From positions 90,854 to 154,853 of the IMG/VR virus record IMGVR_UViG_3300020048_000026: DNA of 64,000 bases; one strand, given 5' to 3'. The position numbers and the translations under genes were made by a program. Positions 1-10,236 of the stretch are shown here, piece after piece (the first letter of the stretch is position 1; each line of letters starts with the position of its first letter). Origin of the DNA: a virus. The notes beneath the pieces were generated by a model. It searched no databases. It was given only the letters and a program-made list of their open reading frames with translations, and was not told the DNA's origin.

Positions 1-1
1 T

Positions 2-373
2 GATTTTTTAAGCTTATTTAAGTATGATTTTCATTCAAAACAAAAATTACATTATTTGGTATCTTTAGATAAAAATGGTTCAGTTGTTCAAAGTACTTTA
101 CTTGATAATTATATTGTATCAGATTCAATTGAAAATTTTGGCGGTGATGATGAATTGGTTGAAATTAAATTAATGAATGTTAAAAGTAAAAAGATAGCCG
201 ATATTATGAGTTTTAGAGGTGTTAATAAATTGTATTGTCAAAATATTTCTGAAATAAAAAATAAACATATTGGTTTTTTAGCTTTATCATATAAGGATAT
301 AAATTATAATTTATCAGATGGTGATAAATTTGAAATTCAAAGAATAGCAGAAGAAATTGGTAGACTTATATAA
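2..373 (+). CDS. Hypothetical protein, 5'-truncated by window edge (weakly GAF-like C-terminus)
   Basis: Frame is open from position 2 to the stop at 373; ends in IGFLALSY...EIQRIAEEIGRLI. Confidence 0.55.
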   Translation, partial: DFLSLFKYDFHSKQKLHYLVSLDKNGSVVQSTLLDNYIVSDSIENFGGDDELVEIKLMNVKSKKIADIMSFRGVNKLYCQNISEIKNKHIGFLALSYKDINYNLSDGDKFEIQRIAEEIGRLI

Positions 374-388
374 AAAATAATCCTTAAT

Positions 389-568
389 ATGAATCTTTAT
401 GAATTATTAAAAGAAAAAAATTTAATTGTGAATAAAAAGGAATTTCAGGAATTGGTTTTAAATAGACAAATAAGAGTAAATAGCAAAATAATTAACGATC
501 CTAAAGAAACAATAGATTTATCAGAAAATCAAATAGTTAGAATTGGAATTCTAGAAATTCAATTCTAA
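389..568 (+). CDS. Small S4-like RNA-binding domain protein (59 aa, not in ORF track)
   Basis: ATG 389 to TAA 568, translated by hand: MNLYELLKEKNLIVNKKEFQELVLNRQIRVNSKIINDPKETIDLSENQIVRIGILEIQF; pattern resembles S4/TyrRS C-terminal domain. Confidence 0.6.
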   Translation: MNLYELLKEKNLIVNKKEFQELVLNRQIRVNSKIINDPKETIDLSENQIVRIGILEIQF

Positions 569-585
569 TTTTTTTGCTCGGAAAT

Positions 586-600
586 TTTCCGTATCTTTGC
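586..600 (+). promoter_or_regulatory. Early (host sigma) promoter, TTTCCGTATCTTTGC containing Bacteroidetes -7 element TAnnTTTG
   Basis: Identical 15-mer also at 31298 and 31541, each intergenic and just upstream of an ATG. Confidence 0.75.
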
Positions 601-616
601 CTTATAACAAAAAGAT

Positions 617-1141
617 ATGGAAATCAATAAAGAAAATATTTATAAATTAGAAAATGCCTCTGATGTTAAAAAATTTATCATTGGTGGTAAAGCCATACTG
701 ACTTTAGAAAGTACAAAAACTGGTCGTTGGTTTACATATAAAATCAAAAAAGCAAAGAAAGATGATGAAAAATCACCTTTTTTTGTATCAGTATTAACTG
801 GTGGTGATAATGAATCAGCCTATACGTATATGGGTACGATTTTTAACAATGATAGATTATCATTCAAATTAACAAAAAATTCTAAAATTGGTGAAGATGC
901 TTTATCATATAAAGCATTCAATTTCTTTTTTAATTTACTTATCAATAATGATAAACTTCATTCTGAAATGAATGTTTATCATAGAGGTATTTGTGCTGTT
1001 TGTGGTCGTCCATTAACAACTCCAGAATCCTTAATAATTGGAATTGGTCCTATTTGTGATGGTAGACTTGGAAAACCTATTGAAATTAAAAAAGTTCGTA
1101 AGAAAAAATTACAAATGTTAAACCGTAAATTGGTAAAATGA
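617..1141 (+). CDS. DUF6011-like zinc-finger phage protein, C-terminal RKxKL tag
   Basis: CAVCGRPLTTPESLIIGIGPIC motif; ends VRKKKLQMLNRKLVK. Confidence 0.7.
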   Translation: MEINKENIYKLENASDVKKFIIGGKAILTLESTKTGRWFTYKIKKAKKDDEKSPFFVSVLTGGDNESAYTYMGTIFNNDRLSFKLTKNSKIGEDALSYKAFNFFFNLLINNDKLHSEMNVYHRGICAVCGRPLTTPESLIIGIGPICDGRLGKPIEIKKVRKKKLQMLNRKLVK

Positions 1142-1470
1142 AAAAATTTGATTTGAGTACCGTAGAGGTGAGTAGTCTAAGTTCAGATGATATAATTGAA
1201 TTAAAACGATATTTGAAAACTATTTCTGTAAGAGCATGTGTAAACTTTATTTTACATGTTATGGACACGGAATATACTTTATCTGAAATAAATAAAAATA
1301 ATGATAAAGTTGAGAAATTCATAGCAGATAAGCAATTTGAATATCTTAGATATGTTATTATGCGGGTATCTGATGATGATTTTAGTGAATCTGAATGGAT
1401 TCAAATAGAAAGAGAACACACAGTAAAACAAAGGAAAGAAAAACTATCTAAAATTAATAAAAATGCGTGA
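1138..1470 (+). CDS. Hypothetical protein with C-terminal RKxKL tag
   Basis: ATGA-type overlap in operon; ends QRKEKLSKINKNA. Confidence 0.7.
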   Translation: MKKFDLSTVEVSSLSSDDIIELKRYLKTISVRACVNFILHVMDTEYTLSEINKNNDKVEKFIADKQFEYLRYVIMRVSDDDFSESEWIQIEREHTVKQRKEKLSKINKNA

Positions 1471-1873
1471 ATGTAAAATAACAAATTATATTATAAGAGC
1501 AATTAGTGTATTATTTTTAATCTTTTTTGCCGTCACTTTTAAAAGTTGTAAAGAAGGTAATAAAGAACATAAACGATTATGTACAGTGCTTAAACACTAC
1601 CAGTCTAATACCGTACATAAGGGTAGTGTTAATGATAATTTTATTTTAATATTGAAGGTTAGAAATGATACTACATTTAAAAATACTTTTGATCTTGATG
1701 TTTCCCCTTCAACTTATTATGATTGTAAAGATGGTGAAAATTGGTATTTTTTCCTTAGGGACGAACAAATTGACTCTTCAAAAAATAGAAATATGATGGA
1801 AATGTTTACGACAATATCACTTATGCTTGGAATAGTATTATTAGTTGTAAGTTTTGTGGATTTTGAGGATTAA
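1463..1873 (+). CDS. Membrane protein (two TM segments)
   Basis: Hydrophobic N- and C-terminal segments; operon overlap. Confidence 0.65.
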   Translation: MRECKITNYIIRAISVLFLIFFAVTFKSCKEGNKEHKRLCTVLKHYQSNTVHKGSVNDNFILILKVRNDTTFKNTFDLDVSPSTYYDCKDGENWYFFLRDEQIDSSKNRNMMEMFTTISLMLGIVLLVVSFVDFED

Positions 1874-1880
1874 AATAAAC

Positions 1881-1921
1881 AAAAAAGTGTTTTTTATCTA
1901 AAAATAAGAAACACTTTTTTT
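1881..1921. repeat. Inverted repeat AAAAAAGTGTTT...AAACACTTTTTT (hairpin/terminator overlapping an AAC-N18-TA element)
   Basis: Arms read directly from the intergenic gap. Confidence 0.5.
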
Positions 1922-2128
1922 ATGCCTTTTTGGAAAAAATTATTGATTGATATTATATTTATTGCAATATATTATATTTTTTATAAAGTTATCGGATTTG
2001 AATTGACTGTTATTATAGCATTAGGACAGATATTATCAACTATCTTACAAAAAGATTATCATAAAAAATCATTACCTCCTCCAACTAGTACTTACCGATT
2101 TCAGCAAAAAGGAAAAGTAAAATTTTAA
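1922..2128 (+). CDS. Small membrane protein
   Basis: 68 aa with two hydrophobic segments. Confidence 0.6.
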   Translation: MPFWKKLLIDIIFIAIYYIFYKVIGFELTVIIALGQILSTILQKDYHKKSLPPPTSTYRFQQKGKVKF

Positions 2129-2129
2129 T

Positions 2130-2810
2130 GTGATAGAATTATTTAAGCATCAAATAAGAGCATTTAACAAAATTATTAATAATGATAAAAATTTCATATT
2201 TTGGCCTCGTCAATATGGTAAAAGTCATTTAATCTCAGCTTATTTAGAACATTTTATTAATAATAATTCTAATCAAAATATTTTATTTATTTGTTATGAA
2301 AAAAATTATATTAAGTATTCTAAACAGAAATTATTAAATGATATCGGATATTTGACTGTAGATAAACACCGTACTGATGATCTATATTTTATTAATGATA
2401 ATTTTTTGAAGTTTTGCTCAATAAAACAACATTTTGATACTATATCAGGTATGTTTAAAACTTTATCTCCATCATTGATAATTTTTAATGAGGTTTATGC
2501 CTTAAGTACTAATAATATTCAAAGATTATATAGTAACAATTTTTTAAATGGAAAAATTTTATATACATCAAGTTTCATTGATATACAATTAATAAAAATG
2601 TTAGATTATAATAATGATTTTTATATAAACATAGAACAACCTGTTGATAAAATAGATACTTTCGGATTATTTAAAGATGATATTAATCTTATTTATTTTG
2701 ATATAAAAGAATTGAATTATAAACCAGATGATTTACTATATTTTTCTGATAAAGTTTATCAAAGAAAAATAAAATTAAAAAAAATAAATACAATTTCAAA
2801 TGGAATCTAA
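2130..2810 (+). CDS. Degenerate terminase-large-subunit-like ATPase fragment with RKxKL tag
   Basis: LFKHQ adenine-binding motif, WPRQYGKS Walker A, LIIFNE degenerate Walker B; only 226 aa, no nuclease domain; ends YQRKIKLKKIN. Confidence 0.55.
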   Translation: MIELFKHQIRAFNKIINNDKNFIFWPRQYGKSHLISAYLEHFINNNSNQNILFICYEKNYIKYSKQKLLNDIGYLTVDKHRTDDLYFINDNFLKFCSIKQHFDTISGMFKTLSPSLIIFNEVYALSTNNIQRLYSNNFLNGKILYTSSFIDIQLIKMLDYNNDFYINIEQPVDKIDTFGLFKDDINLIYFDIKELNYKPDDLLYFSDKVYQRKIKLKKINTISNGI

Positions 2811-3072
2811 ATGTGGACTTTGCGGAAGATTAAAAGAATTAACATTTCATCACTATATACCAAGAACATTACATACAAATAAACTATTTAAAAAGATGTA
2901 TAAAGTTGAATTTATGAAAAGTCATGGTATTGATTTGTGTGAAGATTGCCACACTAATATTCATAAATTTTTTAGCGAGAAGGAACTTGGTAGAAATTTT
3001 AATGATAAAGTTAAACTTCTTTCAGATGAAAGAGTTAGAAGATTTATAAGATGGGTAAAGAAGCAGGATTAA
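2800..3072 (+). CDS. Small HNH-family zinc-binding nuclease-like protein
   Basis: CGLCGR...TFHHYIP...LCEDCHTNIH. Confidence 0.7.
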   Translation: MESKCGLCGRLKELTFHHYIPRTLHTNKLFKKMYKVEFMKSHGIDLCEDCHTNIHKFFSEKELGRNFNDKVKLLSDERVRRFIRWVKKQD

Positions 3073-3554
3073 ATATTTGGATCTTGAATATTATCATTTA
3101 TTAAAGACTTGATTTGCTCTAATAATTCTTTTCTAAAGGTATATTTATTTCCAGTAGAATTAACATATCCAATATTTAATAAAGTTTCTAACTGGCTATT
3201 ATCTATGTTAAGTTCTATTGAAGCATCATCGGAGTAGATACTTATCACTGAGTTAATTTCAATTTGATTGTTGTTGTACTGAATAGGTGAATATGATTGT
3301 TGTGTTGGTTCAGTATAACTATTACCTTTTATATTTTTAACAATTTCTGATGCTTCTTTTAAACTTGGTCTAGTTGTTTCTGCCCAGAGATAACCTAATA
3401 TAATAGGTAATCCTGAAGTGAAATATACTGCAAGTGCATATAAGTCTGCTTTTAATAAAATAGCAAAGATTGCTAATCCTATCCAAACAGATAATACTAA
3501 GTATGTTAATTTTAATCTTCTACTTGACGACATTTTAAATTTATTTATAGCCAT
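3069..3554 (-). CDS. Two-TM membrane protein (possible holin-like)
   Basis: Two N-terminal TM helices; late-type motif at 3561-3569. Confidence 0.55.
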   Translation of the reverse strand: MAINKFKMSSSRRLKLTYLVLSVWIGLAIFAILLKADLYALAVYFTSGLPIILGYLWAETTRPSLKEASEIVKNIKGNSYTEPTQQSYSPIQYNNNQIEINSVISIYSDDASIELNIDNSQLETLLNIGYVNSTGNKYTFRKELLEQIKSLINDNIQDPNI

Positions 3555-3572
3555 AATTGGTATATATAAAAA

Positions 3573-5321
3573 TTATAAAATTTTTTCTTCTTCAATAGTT
3601 GAAAAAGACATTTTTTTATAAATTTTTATAATTCTATCAAAATAATTGATACCAAATGCTGAATTATCTGTAAAATAAACCTTTGGATCTAAAATTATAA
3701 TATTAAGATTAAACTCTTTTGTGAATTTTTTTAATACTTTCAAAGCGTATTCAACATTTTCTGGCTCCATACTTGAAAAAACCTCATCTAAAAATAGTAT
3801 ATTTAATTTTCTAAATTTCAGTATCAATTTCAAATAAGAAAGTGCAATTGCAATATTTATTTTTTTACTTTCACCCATAGATAAACTTTCTGGATGTACT
3901 TCATTTGTTAATCTTTCAAAGATATTAACATTAAATTCTTCATCTATTCTTATGTTATAAGGCGATTTTAATTCATCTAAAATATCTTTCAGATAAACAT
4001 TAATAGGCTTTACAATATTTTTTATTATACTTTTTCTAACTCCTTTATTACTAAATACTTCTTTTAATTCTTCTTGAATTTGAATATTTTTATCTATTTC
4101 ATTGATTTTATTAGAATTTTCTATATTTTTTGATTTGAGTTCATTAATATTTTTAGTGAGTTCATCAACTGATATATCATTTTTTGTTTCTTTTAATTCT
4201 CCAATTTTTTTGGTTATTAACTTCAGGTCATATACTAAATTATTTAGTGTCATATTAGTACTATTCTTCTGTTTTAAGATAGTTTCTTTTTGATTTGATA
4301 ACTGTGTTAGCTTTAAAAGTATCTCATTCTTATTCTTATCTAATTCATCCATTTTTTTGATTAATTCATCTTGTTTTGAATAGATATCACTTAAATCATG
4401 TAAATGTTTTTCATCACTTAAATTTGTATTACAAAGTGGACAGATACCTGATTCATAGACTTTTAGTTTTTCTTGTATATTTCTAAAATCCACTTTTATC
4501 TCAATAATATCATTTAAGATTATATTTTTCTGATTATCAAAATCTTGGCGTTGTTTTTCTAATTCAATTAACTTTTTATCAAATTCTAATATATCACTTT
4601 TTAGTTTAATATAAGGTTCTTTTTTAGTCATTTTTTCTTTTTCTAGATTTTGAATTTCTAATTCTTTATCTAAAATACCAGTTCTTTTTATAGTTATGAT
4701 ATTTTGATTTAATGTATTAATAGTCTGTGAATTGGTTACTATTATAGTTTCATATCTAATTTTTTCTTCTTTTTGTTGTTTTATCAAACCGTTAGTTAGG
4801 TTTAGATAATTATCTAAATCTTGAAGATTAAATAGTTTGTTTATAATATTTCTTTTTTCTTCTGGTGATAAATCTATAAAGTTTGCAAAATCTGAGACTG
4901 ACATTGAAATAAAACTTTTGTAAGTTTCAAAATCAAATCCTATAACCTTATCTCTATCTTCTTTTTTGAAATTTTTGAATTTTTTGGTTTCATCACTATC
5001 ATTAATAAAAATTTTCGCATTGGTGGGTTCTAGATTTCTTTGAATTTTAATACTATCTGATAGATTGTTAATAAATTCAATTTCAGTTTCTAAATTTTTA
5101 TTAATTCTATTTGGTAGGATTGCTTGTGGTACTCTTTTTCCATTTTTTCCCCGAACTATACCGAATATAGAAAAATCAAATGATTGTTGAAATGAAGATT
5201 TACCAGCGCCATTTTGACCTGATAGCAATATTAAATTACCAGAAGTTGTGCTGAATTCTACTGTTTGTTTGTTGTGGCCAAAGGATTTGAAATTTTTAAG
5301 CGAAATGGATTTTATAATCAT
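3573..5321 (-). CDS. SbcC/Rad50-like recombination ATPase (T4 gp46-like)
   Basis: LKNFKSF, Walker A GQNGAGKS, central CPLC zinc hook in coiled coil, signature LSMGE, Walker B LFLDEVF. Confidence 0.93.
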   Translation of the reverse strand: MIIKSISLKNFKSFGHNKQTVEFSTTSGNLILLSGQNGAGKSSFQQSFDFSIFGIVRGKNGKRVPQAILPNRINKNLETEIEFINNLSDSIKIQRNLEPTNAKIFINDSDETKKFKNFKKEDRDKVIGFDFETYKSFISMSVSDFANFIDLSPEEKRNIINKLFNLQDLDNYLNLTNGLIKQQKEEKIRYETIIVTNSQTINTLNQNIITIKRTGILDKELEIQNLEKEKMTKKEPYIKLKSDILEFDKKLIELEKQRQDFDNQKNIILNDIIEIKVDFRNIQEKLKVYESGICPLCNTNLSDEKHLHDLSDIYSKQDELIKKMDELDKNKNEILLKLTQLSNQKETILKQKNSTNMTLNNLVYDLKLITKKIGELKETKNDISVDELTKNINELKSKNIENSNKINEIDKNIQIQEELKEVFSNKGVRKSIIKNIVKPINVYLKDILDELKSPYNIRIDEEFNVNIFERLTNEVHPESLSMGESKKINIAIALSYLKLILKFRKLNILFLDEVFSSMEPENVEYALKVLKKFTKEFNLNIIILDPKVYFTDNSAFGINYFDRIIKIYKKMSFSTIEEEKIL

Positions 5322-5325
5322 ATCT

Positions 5326-5354
5326 ATTATATGTAAATATGATTAAAAAGTTAT
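5326..5354 (-). promoter_or_regulatory. AAC-N18-TATA promoter-like element upstream of gp46
   Basis: ATAAC-N18-TATAAT on minus strand; same spacing at six other replication/accessory operons. Confidence 0.5.
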
Positions 5355-5373
5355 TAAAAATTTAATTTATAGT

Positions 5374-6342
5374 TTATCTATAATAATCTTTTAAAAATTT
5401 TTTCATAGGAATATCAGATTTTTTACCTGACAATTCACCATTAATATCAACAACATGAACCAATTCATTTTCATGATCAATTGATAATACTCTAACTTTT
5501 CTTACACTTTGTCTTTTACCATAAGTAAGATGGATTTTAACTTCTTTCTCTTTCATTGATTCTGTTGTTAGTACTTCATTTAATTTTTCAAATCTCCATT
5601 TGAAATAAAAATAATCATTATTTTCAACATGATAGGTTTTATCATGTACTTTAATTATTACATAAGGTTTATTATCTGCTGACATATTATATCCTAATAC
5701 TTCAACGACTTGGTCAGTATTCATTTCAAATAATTTACCCATATTATCTTTGACTCTATTTTCATTTTTCATATTTTTATAGAATCCTTTTTCAGGAATA
5801 AACCATTTTTCTAATTTTTTGTAAAAGAAATTACCTAATTTAATTTTATAATCACCATTAAATCTATATTGATATTCAGGTTCATAAAATAATTCAGATT
5901 CAAATTTTGGTCTTACTAAACCATTAAAATTTCTAAATGCACCAAAATATTCTTCTTCATCATATTTAAATGATATAAATACATCTAATTTTAAATTGTT
6001 ATTTTCAAACATTCTTAATATTTTAAGATTTTTAAATAAATTTATATCTTCTAAAAATGGATTAGAATCTTTGTAAATTAAATCTGTTTGACTTTGAAGA
6101 TTTTTAGTTATTTGATTTAAATTTGCAACTAATCCTGATTGTCTTGCATAAAAATCTGTATAAGGACTATCTTGATAATTTCCTTGACTCATTCTAGGAT
6201 CAGTAGCGAATTGATAATTTCCGCCACCACCCGCAGTATTCATAGGTTCTATTCCGAATTGATATTGCATAAATTCCGAACCTTCTTTTAATAATTCTGT
6301 TTCATTTAAAAATGAATACCTACTATATTTAAAAATTTTCAT
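5374..6342 (-). CDS. Hypothetical, probably virion-associated protein with CTS-like N-terminus
   Basis: MKIFKYSRYSFLNE start; TTATATATA at 6347-6355. Confidence 0.7.
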   Translation of the reverse strand: MKIFKYSRYSFLNETELLKEGSEFMQYQFGIEPMNTAGGGGNYQFATDPRMSQGNYQDSPYTDFYARQSGLVANLNQITKNLQSQTDLIYKDSNPFLEDINLFKNLKILRMFENNNLKLDVFISFKYDEEEYFGAFRNFNGLVRPKFESELFYEPEYQYRFNGDYKIKLGNFFYKKLEKWFIPEKGFYKNMKNENRVKDNMGKLFEMNTDQVVEVLGYNMSADNKPYVIIKVHDKTYHVENNDYFYFKWRFEKLNEVLTTESMKEKEVKIHLTYGKRQSVRKVRVLSIDHENELVHVVDINGELSGKKSDIPMKKFLKDYYR

Positions 6343-6414
6343 AACTTATATATAAAATTTTAATTTTATTTTTTTATATATATCTCAGGAAATAAACTCA
6401 GGAATAAAGAGAAT

Positions 6415-6423
6415 TTATATATA
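6415..6423 (+). promoter_or_regulatory. Late-type promoter T(T/A)ATATATA
   Basis: Recurs in at least 13 intergenic positions within about 30 nt of a start codon. Confidence 0.6.
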
Positions 6424-6440
6424 AAGAAAAAAAGATAATC

Positions 6441-6839
6441 ATGTCAGAAGAAATTAAACAAGAAGAAGTTAAGAAAAAACCAACAACTATAAAGAAAAAG
6501 GAAACTGAAACAGTAGGTGAGCAATTAACTGAGCAATATCAATATATTCCTGAAGAAAATGAAAAACTAATCATGGATAAGCCTTCTGAACCGTTGATAA
6601 CTAAAAAAGATTTACCAGTTATGAAAAGTGAGAAAGCTATCATCAAGTCAAATAAAGAATTATATGAATCTTACATAAAGGAATTAAAGAAATTTTCATT
6701 AAGTATAAATGGTGAAATTATTTATGATTCAAGTATTGATAAAACAAAGGAATCACCTGTAAAATTTGAAAATGATTATTTTATTTTATATGGAAAAAAA
6801 TATTCTTACAATGGATTAAAAATCCAAAAAATAATGTGA
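6441..6839 (+). CDS. Hypothetical protein
   Basis: 132-aa ORF after late motif. Confidence 0.7.
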   Translation: MSEEIKQEEVKKKPTTIKKKETETVGEQLTEQYQYIPEENEKLIMDKPSEPLITKKDLPVMKSEKAIIKSNKELYESYIKELKKFSLSINGEIIYDSSIDKTKESPVKFENDYFILYGKKYSYNGLKIQKIM

Positions 6840-9487
6840 AAATAATGAAATTAACAAATATTCATGACCGTAAAGAATTTTTAAAACTTAATGAACTTAT
6901 TGGTGGTCAAAGTGGTGGTGTTGGTGAAAAGGATGGATTTGCAAATAATGCCAAATTAAAAGACACGTATCTTGGAGCATTAGTAAATGGTATTTTTAAG
7001 GGAGTAAGTTGGTTGTGGAGAAAATCAAAAGAAAATTTTATTATAAATCGGTTAATTGCACAATTAATTAATGAATTAATGCGTGGTGTTATTTTGTTTT
7101 GTTTTGTCAATAAAATTAATCTAGAAACAGGCGAAACAAGTACATCAGCAGAAGCAGTAAAAGGTGAAACAGATGACGCAGCACAGCAAGCAGCAGCAGG
7201 TGTTAACGTAGTTTCAGCTTCTGGTACAACATCTATAAGTGTTAGTCCTAATCCAATATCTGGTATAACAGCAGAGACTCAACAATTAACAGTATTAAAC
7301 CAAAATAATGAAGATGTTACAATAGATTGTATATATACAGGTGCAACAACTACTGGATTAGTAACATTTGGTGCAACAGGACATACTACAGTAACAGTAG
7401 TACATCCTGAAATTGCAACATCACCTGTTGTAGTTGATATTGAGGTATTTCCGGTGGGTACAAATTTACCTCCACCACCTACACCTCCTACTTTATCTGC
7501 TACAACAACAGCATCAGGTACAACTACAACAGCATCAGGTACAACTACAACAGCATCAGGTACAACAGCAACTACCTCTGGATCAACAGTGTCAACTCCT
7601 AAGGGATATAAACCTAGATTAGTTGAAAGAATAAAGGCTGTTAAAGACAGAAAAGAATATTTTATAATTGAGAAAGAGGCAGAAAGTAGAATTGCTTATG
7701 ATACTAGAAGAAAAAATTCATATGTTAATCAAATAAAAATTCGTGAAACAAATTTGGAAAAAAAGATAGTTCCAAAAGAAAAGATACCTTTCTATAATTC
7801 TGAAATAAAAAGAGTTAGAGAGGAAATAAGTAAAATTAAAGTCTATAATTTGGCAATAGAGGAGGCAATAGAAACAAAAAGAGTTGAATTAGGAATAAAG
7901 AAAGTAGATAGATTTGCTAATTTTGATATAATAAAAAAAGATTTACCTACTTTTTCACCAACATCTAAAACAGTTTTACCAGAACTACAAACTATTGGTG
8001 TTGTACCTTATAATAGAATTGATGTATCTAAAATTGGTAATGTTGAGTCAGAATCATATAATTTTTTGAAAACTTATATAAATGAGTATGAAAAAACAAC
8101 TGATCCAAACTTAAAGAAAAAACTACAATTGATTTATATGCAATATGCAATTATAAATTATGCAAAAAGTGTTGTCAAAAGAAAGAAAAATGAATCATTT
8201 TCAGAAGATGAAGATTATGAATTTTTATATGAATCATCAGAGTATTATGAAATAAATGAAGAAAATTTAGTTAGATCTGTTGGAAAATCTCTTGGTCAAT
8301 CTGCTGGTACTGTAAAACTCAAACAAGATGAGCCTCGTGCTGGTAAAGTTGGGTTAGCAAAATCTGTTGGAATGAAAGTTGCTGGTATTTCTGCTACTGT
8401 AGGAAATATTTTAACAAAAAGAGACAGAGATAGATATGAAAAAGATCATAAAGATGAGTATAAACTCAATATACATTCTGTGAATTTAGCTGGTATAGAA
8501 AATACTGTTACTACATTTCAAAAATCTAATCCAAAAGTTAAAACTGATGTTAGTAGTTATGTTAATCCTTATAGCTTGAAAATCATTCAATTATCAGCTG
8601 AGAAACTTTTCTTATCAAATTCTACAGCAACAAAAAATGAGGCAGTAGATAATAGCCAATTAAAACTTAGATGGGAGAGAGAAGTTAACAAAGTTTATGC
8701 TGGATTTACTAATTTGATGGATATTGATAGTATTGATATCACGAAATCTGATTTTAGATCTAATTTAAATAGTAAACTAAACGATAAGGTTGATGGTGCC
8801 GTAAATAGAACCAAATTTGAAATAGCATATAGTAAAGTTGATGATGATTTACCAATAGATCCTAAACATTATAAGATACATCAACTTGAAGGTTACTATG
8901 GAATTTTTTATTTTCAATTAGGTTCAAGTTACATGACATCAATGGCTCCTGTTCAAAGTGTTCCTGGATTATTTAGGATAACTTCAAGTTTTACATCAAT
9001 TAATAAAACTTCTCATACAATTGTTGAAGATGGTGATTTTAAAAATAAATTTTTCAATAGTAGATTACCCGTAAATGCTAATAAAAGAAATTTATATTTT
9101 TTATTACAGAAAGATGAAAAATTACCAGATACACAACCAAGAAAAGGACCTAAAATGTATGTTTTAACAGAGGTTGAAGTTGGTGGTAAAGTTTCTTTAT
9201 ATATAAAACAAAAAGGAACTGATAATATTCTTATTACAGATACGTTTATGAAAACTTTTGAGCCTAAATTATATGCACATACAATAGAATTAAATAAAGT
9301 TTCTTTATTTGATAGAACAAAAAATGCATTATTAGATATGTGGAAACCAGCATTTAAATATGTTGAATCAAAGGGTAAATTTGAAAATACTAATTTTATG
9401 ATAAATATGGGTGATCCTTTATTTTTAAGTGAACCTAATATGGCTGATCATATTAAGAATTTACAAATATATTTAAGAAATAAATAA
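6836..9487 (+). CDS. Large probable virion protein with Ig-like segment and Thr/Pro-rich linker
   Basis: 883 aa; N-terminal ...EFLKLNE; SISVSP...QQLTV...VTF Big_2-like beta stretch; TTTASG repeats. Confidence 0.7.
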   Translation: MKIMKLTNIHDRKEFLKLNELIGGQSGGVGEKDGFANNAKLKDTYLGALVNGIFKGVSWLWRKSKENFIINRLIAQLINELMRGVILFCFVNKINLETGETSTSAEAVKGETDDAAQQAAAGVNVVSASGTTSISVSPNPISGITAETQQLTVLNQNNEDVTIDCIYTGATTTGLVTFGATGHTTVTVVHPEIATSPVVVDIEVFPVGTNLPPPPTPPTLSATTTASGTTTTASGTTTTASGTTATTSGSTVSTPKGYKPRLVERIKAVKDRKEYFIIEKEAESRIAYDTRRKNSYVNQIKIRETNLEKKIVPKEKIPFYNSEIKRVREEISKIKVYNLAIEEAIETKRVELGIKKVDRFANFDIIKKDLPTFSPTSKTVLPELQTIGVVPYNRIDVSKIGNVESESYNFLKTYINEYEKTTDPNLKKKLQLIYMQYAIINYAKSVVKRKKNESFSEDEDYEFLYESSEYYEINEENLVRSVGKSLGQSAGTVKLKQDEPRAGKVGLAKSVGMKVAGISATVGNILTKRDRDRYEKDHKDEYKLNIHSVNLAGIENTVTTFQKSNPKVKTDVSSYVNPYSLKIIQLSAEKLFLSNSTATKNEAVDNSQLKLRWEREVNKVYAGFTNLMDIDSIDITKSDFRSNLNSKLNDKVDGAVNRTKFEIAYSKVDDDLPIDPKHYKIHQLEGYYGIFYFQLGSSYMTSMAPVQSVPGLFRITSSFTSINKTSHTIVEDGDFKNKFFNSRLPVNANKRNLYFLLQKDEKLPDTQPRKGPKMYVLTEVEVGGKVSLYIKQKGTDNILITDTFMKTFEPKLYAHTIELNKVSLFDRTKNALLDMWKPAFKYVESKGKFENTNFMINMGDPLFLSEPNMADHIKNLQIYLRNK
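7502..7566 (+). repeat. 21-bp tandem repeat (about 3 units, ACAACWACAACAGCATCAGGT) encoding TTTTASG
   Basis: Read directly from sequence. Confidence 0.85.
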
Positions 9488-9492
9488 TAACT

Positions 9493-9813
9493 ATGAAAAT
9501 AAGATATACAGATTTTTTATTAGAGAAAGGTTCACCACCACCTTCAAATTTTGAGGAACAATATAAAAATATTGATGTTTCACTCAAGAACTTTTGGGCT
9601 GTAGCTGCAAAACCTATAAAACCTGCTAAACCAGCATTACCAAAGGTTGAAAAAAATAAAAAATATAAATTCACAGATTCTAATAAACAAACATACGATG
9701 TTGAGGTTTTGAACAATGTTCCAGATAAAAGTGGAAAAGTACAAGTTAAGGGTAATCCACCTTCTTCAAAAAGTGAGGTAACATTTATGGCTCCAGTCAT
9801 GAATTTAAATTAA
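9493..9813 (+). CDS. Hypothetical protein with CTS-like N-terminus
   Basis: MKIRYTDFLLEK. Confidence 0.65.
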   Translation: MKIRYTDFLLEKGSPPPSNFEEQYKNIDVSLKNFWAVAAKPIKPAKPALPKVEKNKKYKFTDSNKQTYDVEVLNNVPDKSGKVQVKGNPPSSKSEVTFMAPVMNLN

Positions 9814-9822
9814 TTATAAACT

Positions 9823-10233
9823 ATGAAACATATGAAACTATTTTTAGAATTTGCTAATCCAAATACACCACAAGGATATTTAAATTCATTATCTAAACCT
9901 ACTAAAAAACCTGTGATTCAGAATAACCAGAAAAAAGTAGTTCAAACTCCAACAGAAGAAGTTGATGGTATTTTACAACAAACCGAGGAACAAAAAGCAA
10001 AAATACTTGCTCGTAAAGATTTGATTGAAAAAGGATTATTAAAAAATATTCAAACATTAGAACCTGAAAATCAACAAGATGTAAAAACTCAGGTCAATGA
10101 TTATAAAGATCAAGTAAAGGAATTTGATAAAACTGTTACACAAATTGGTAAATTGAATCAAACCTTGAAAAAATCTGATAAACCTGGTAGATTTTCTACA
10201 CAATCACAAAAAGCAAGAGGAAAAAACTTTTAA
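9823..10233 (+). CDS. Hypothetical coiled-coil protein with CTS-like N-terminus
   Basis: MKHMKLFLEF. Confidence 0.65.
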   Translation: MKHMKLFLEFANPNTPQGYLNSLSKPTKKPVIQNNQKKVVQTPTEEVDGILQQTEEQKAKILARKDLIEKGLLKNIQTLEPENQQDVKTQVNDYKDQVKEFDKTVTQIGKLNQTLKKSDKPGRFSTQSQKARGKNF

Positions 10234-10236
10234 TAA

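Noticed and set aside
2130-2810. Functional large terminase
   Set aside because: Too short, degenerate Walker B, no RNase H-like nuclease domain
7434-7622. Gln/His-rich alternative-frame ORF
   Set aside because: Off-frame translation of the 21-bp tandem repeat inside the 883-aa gene
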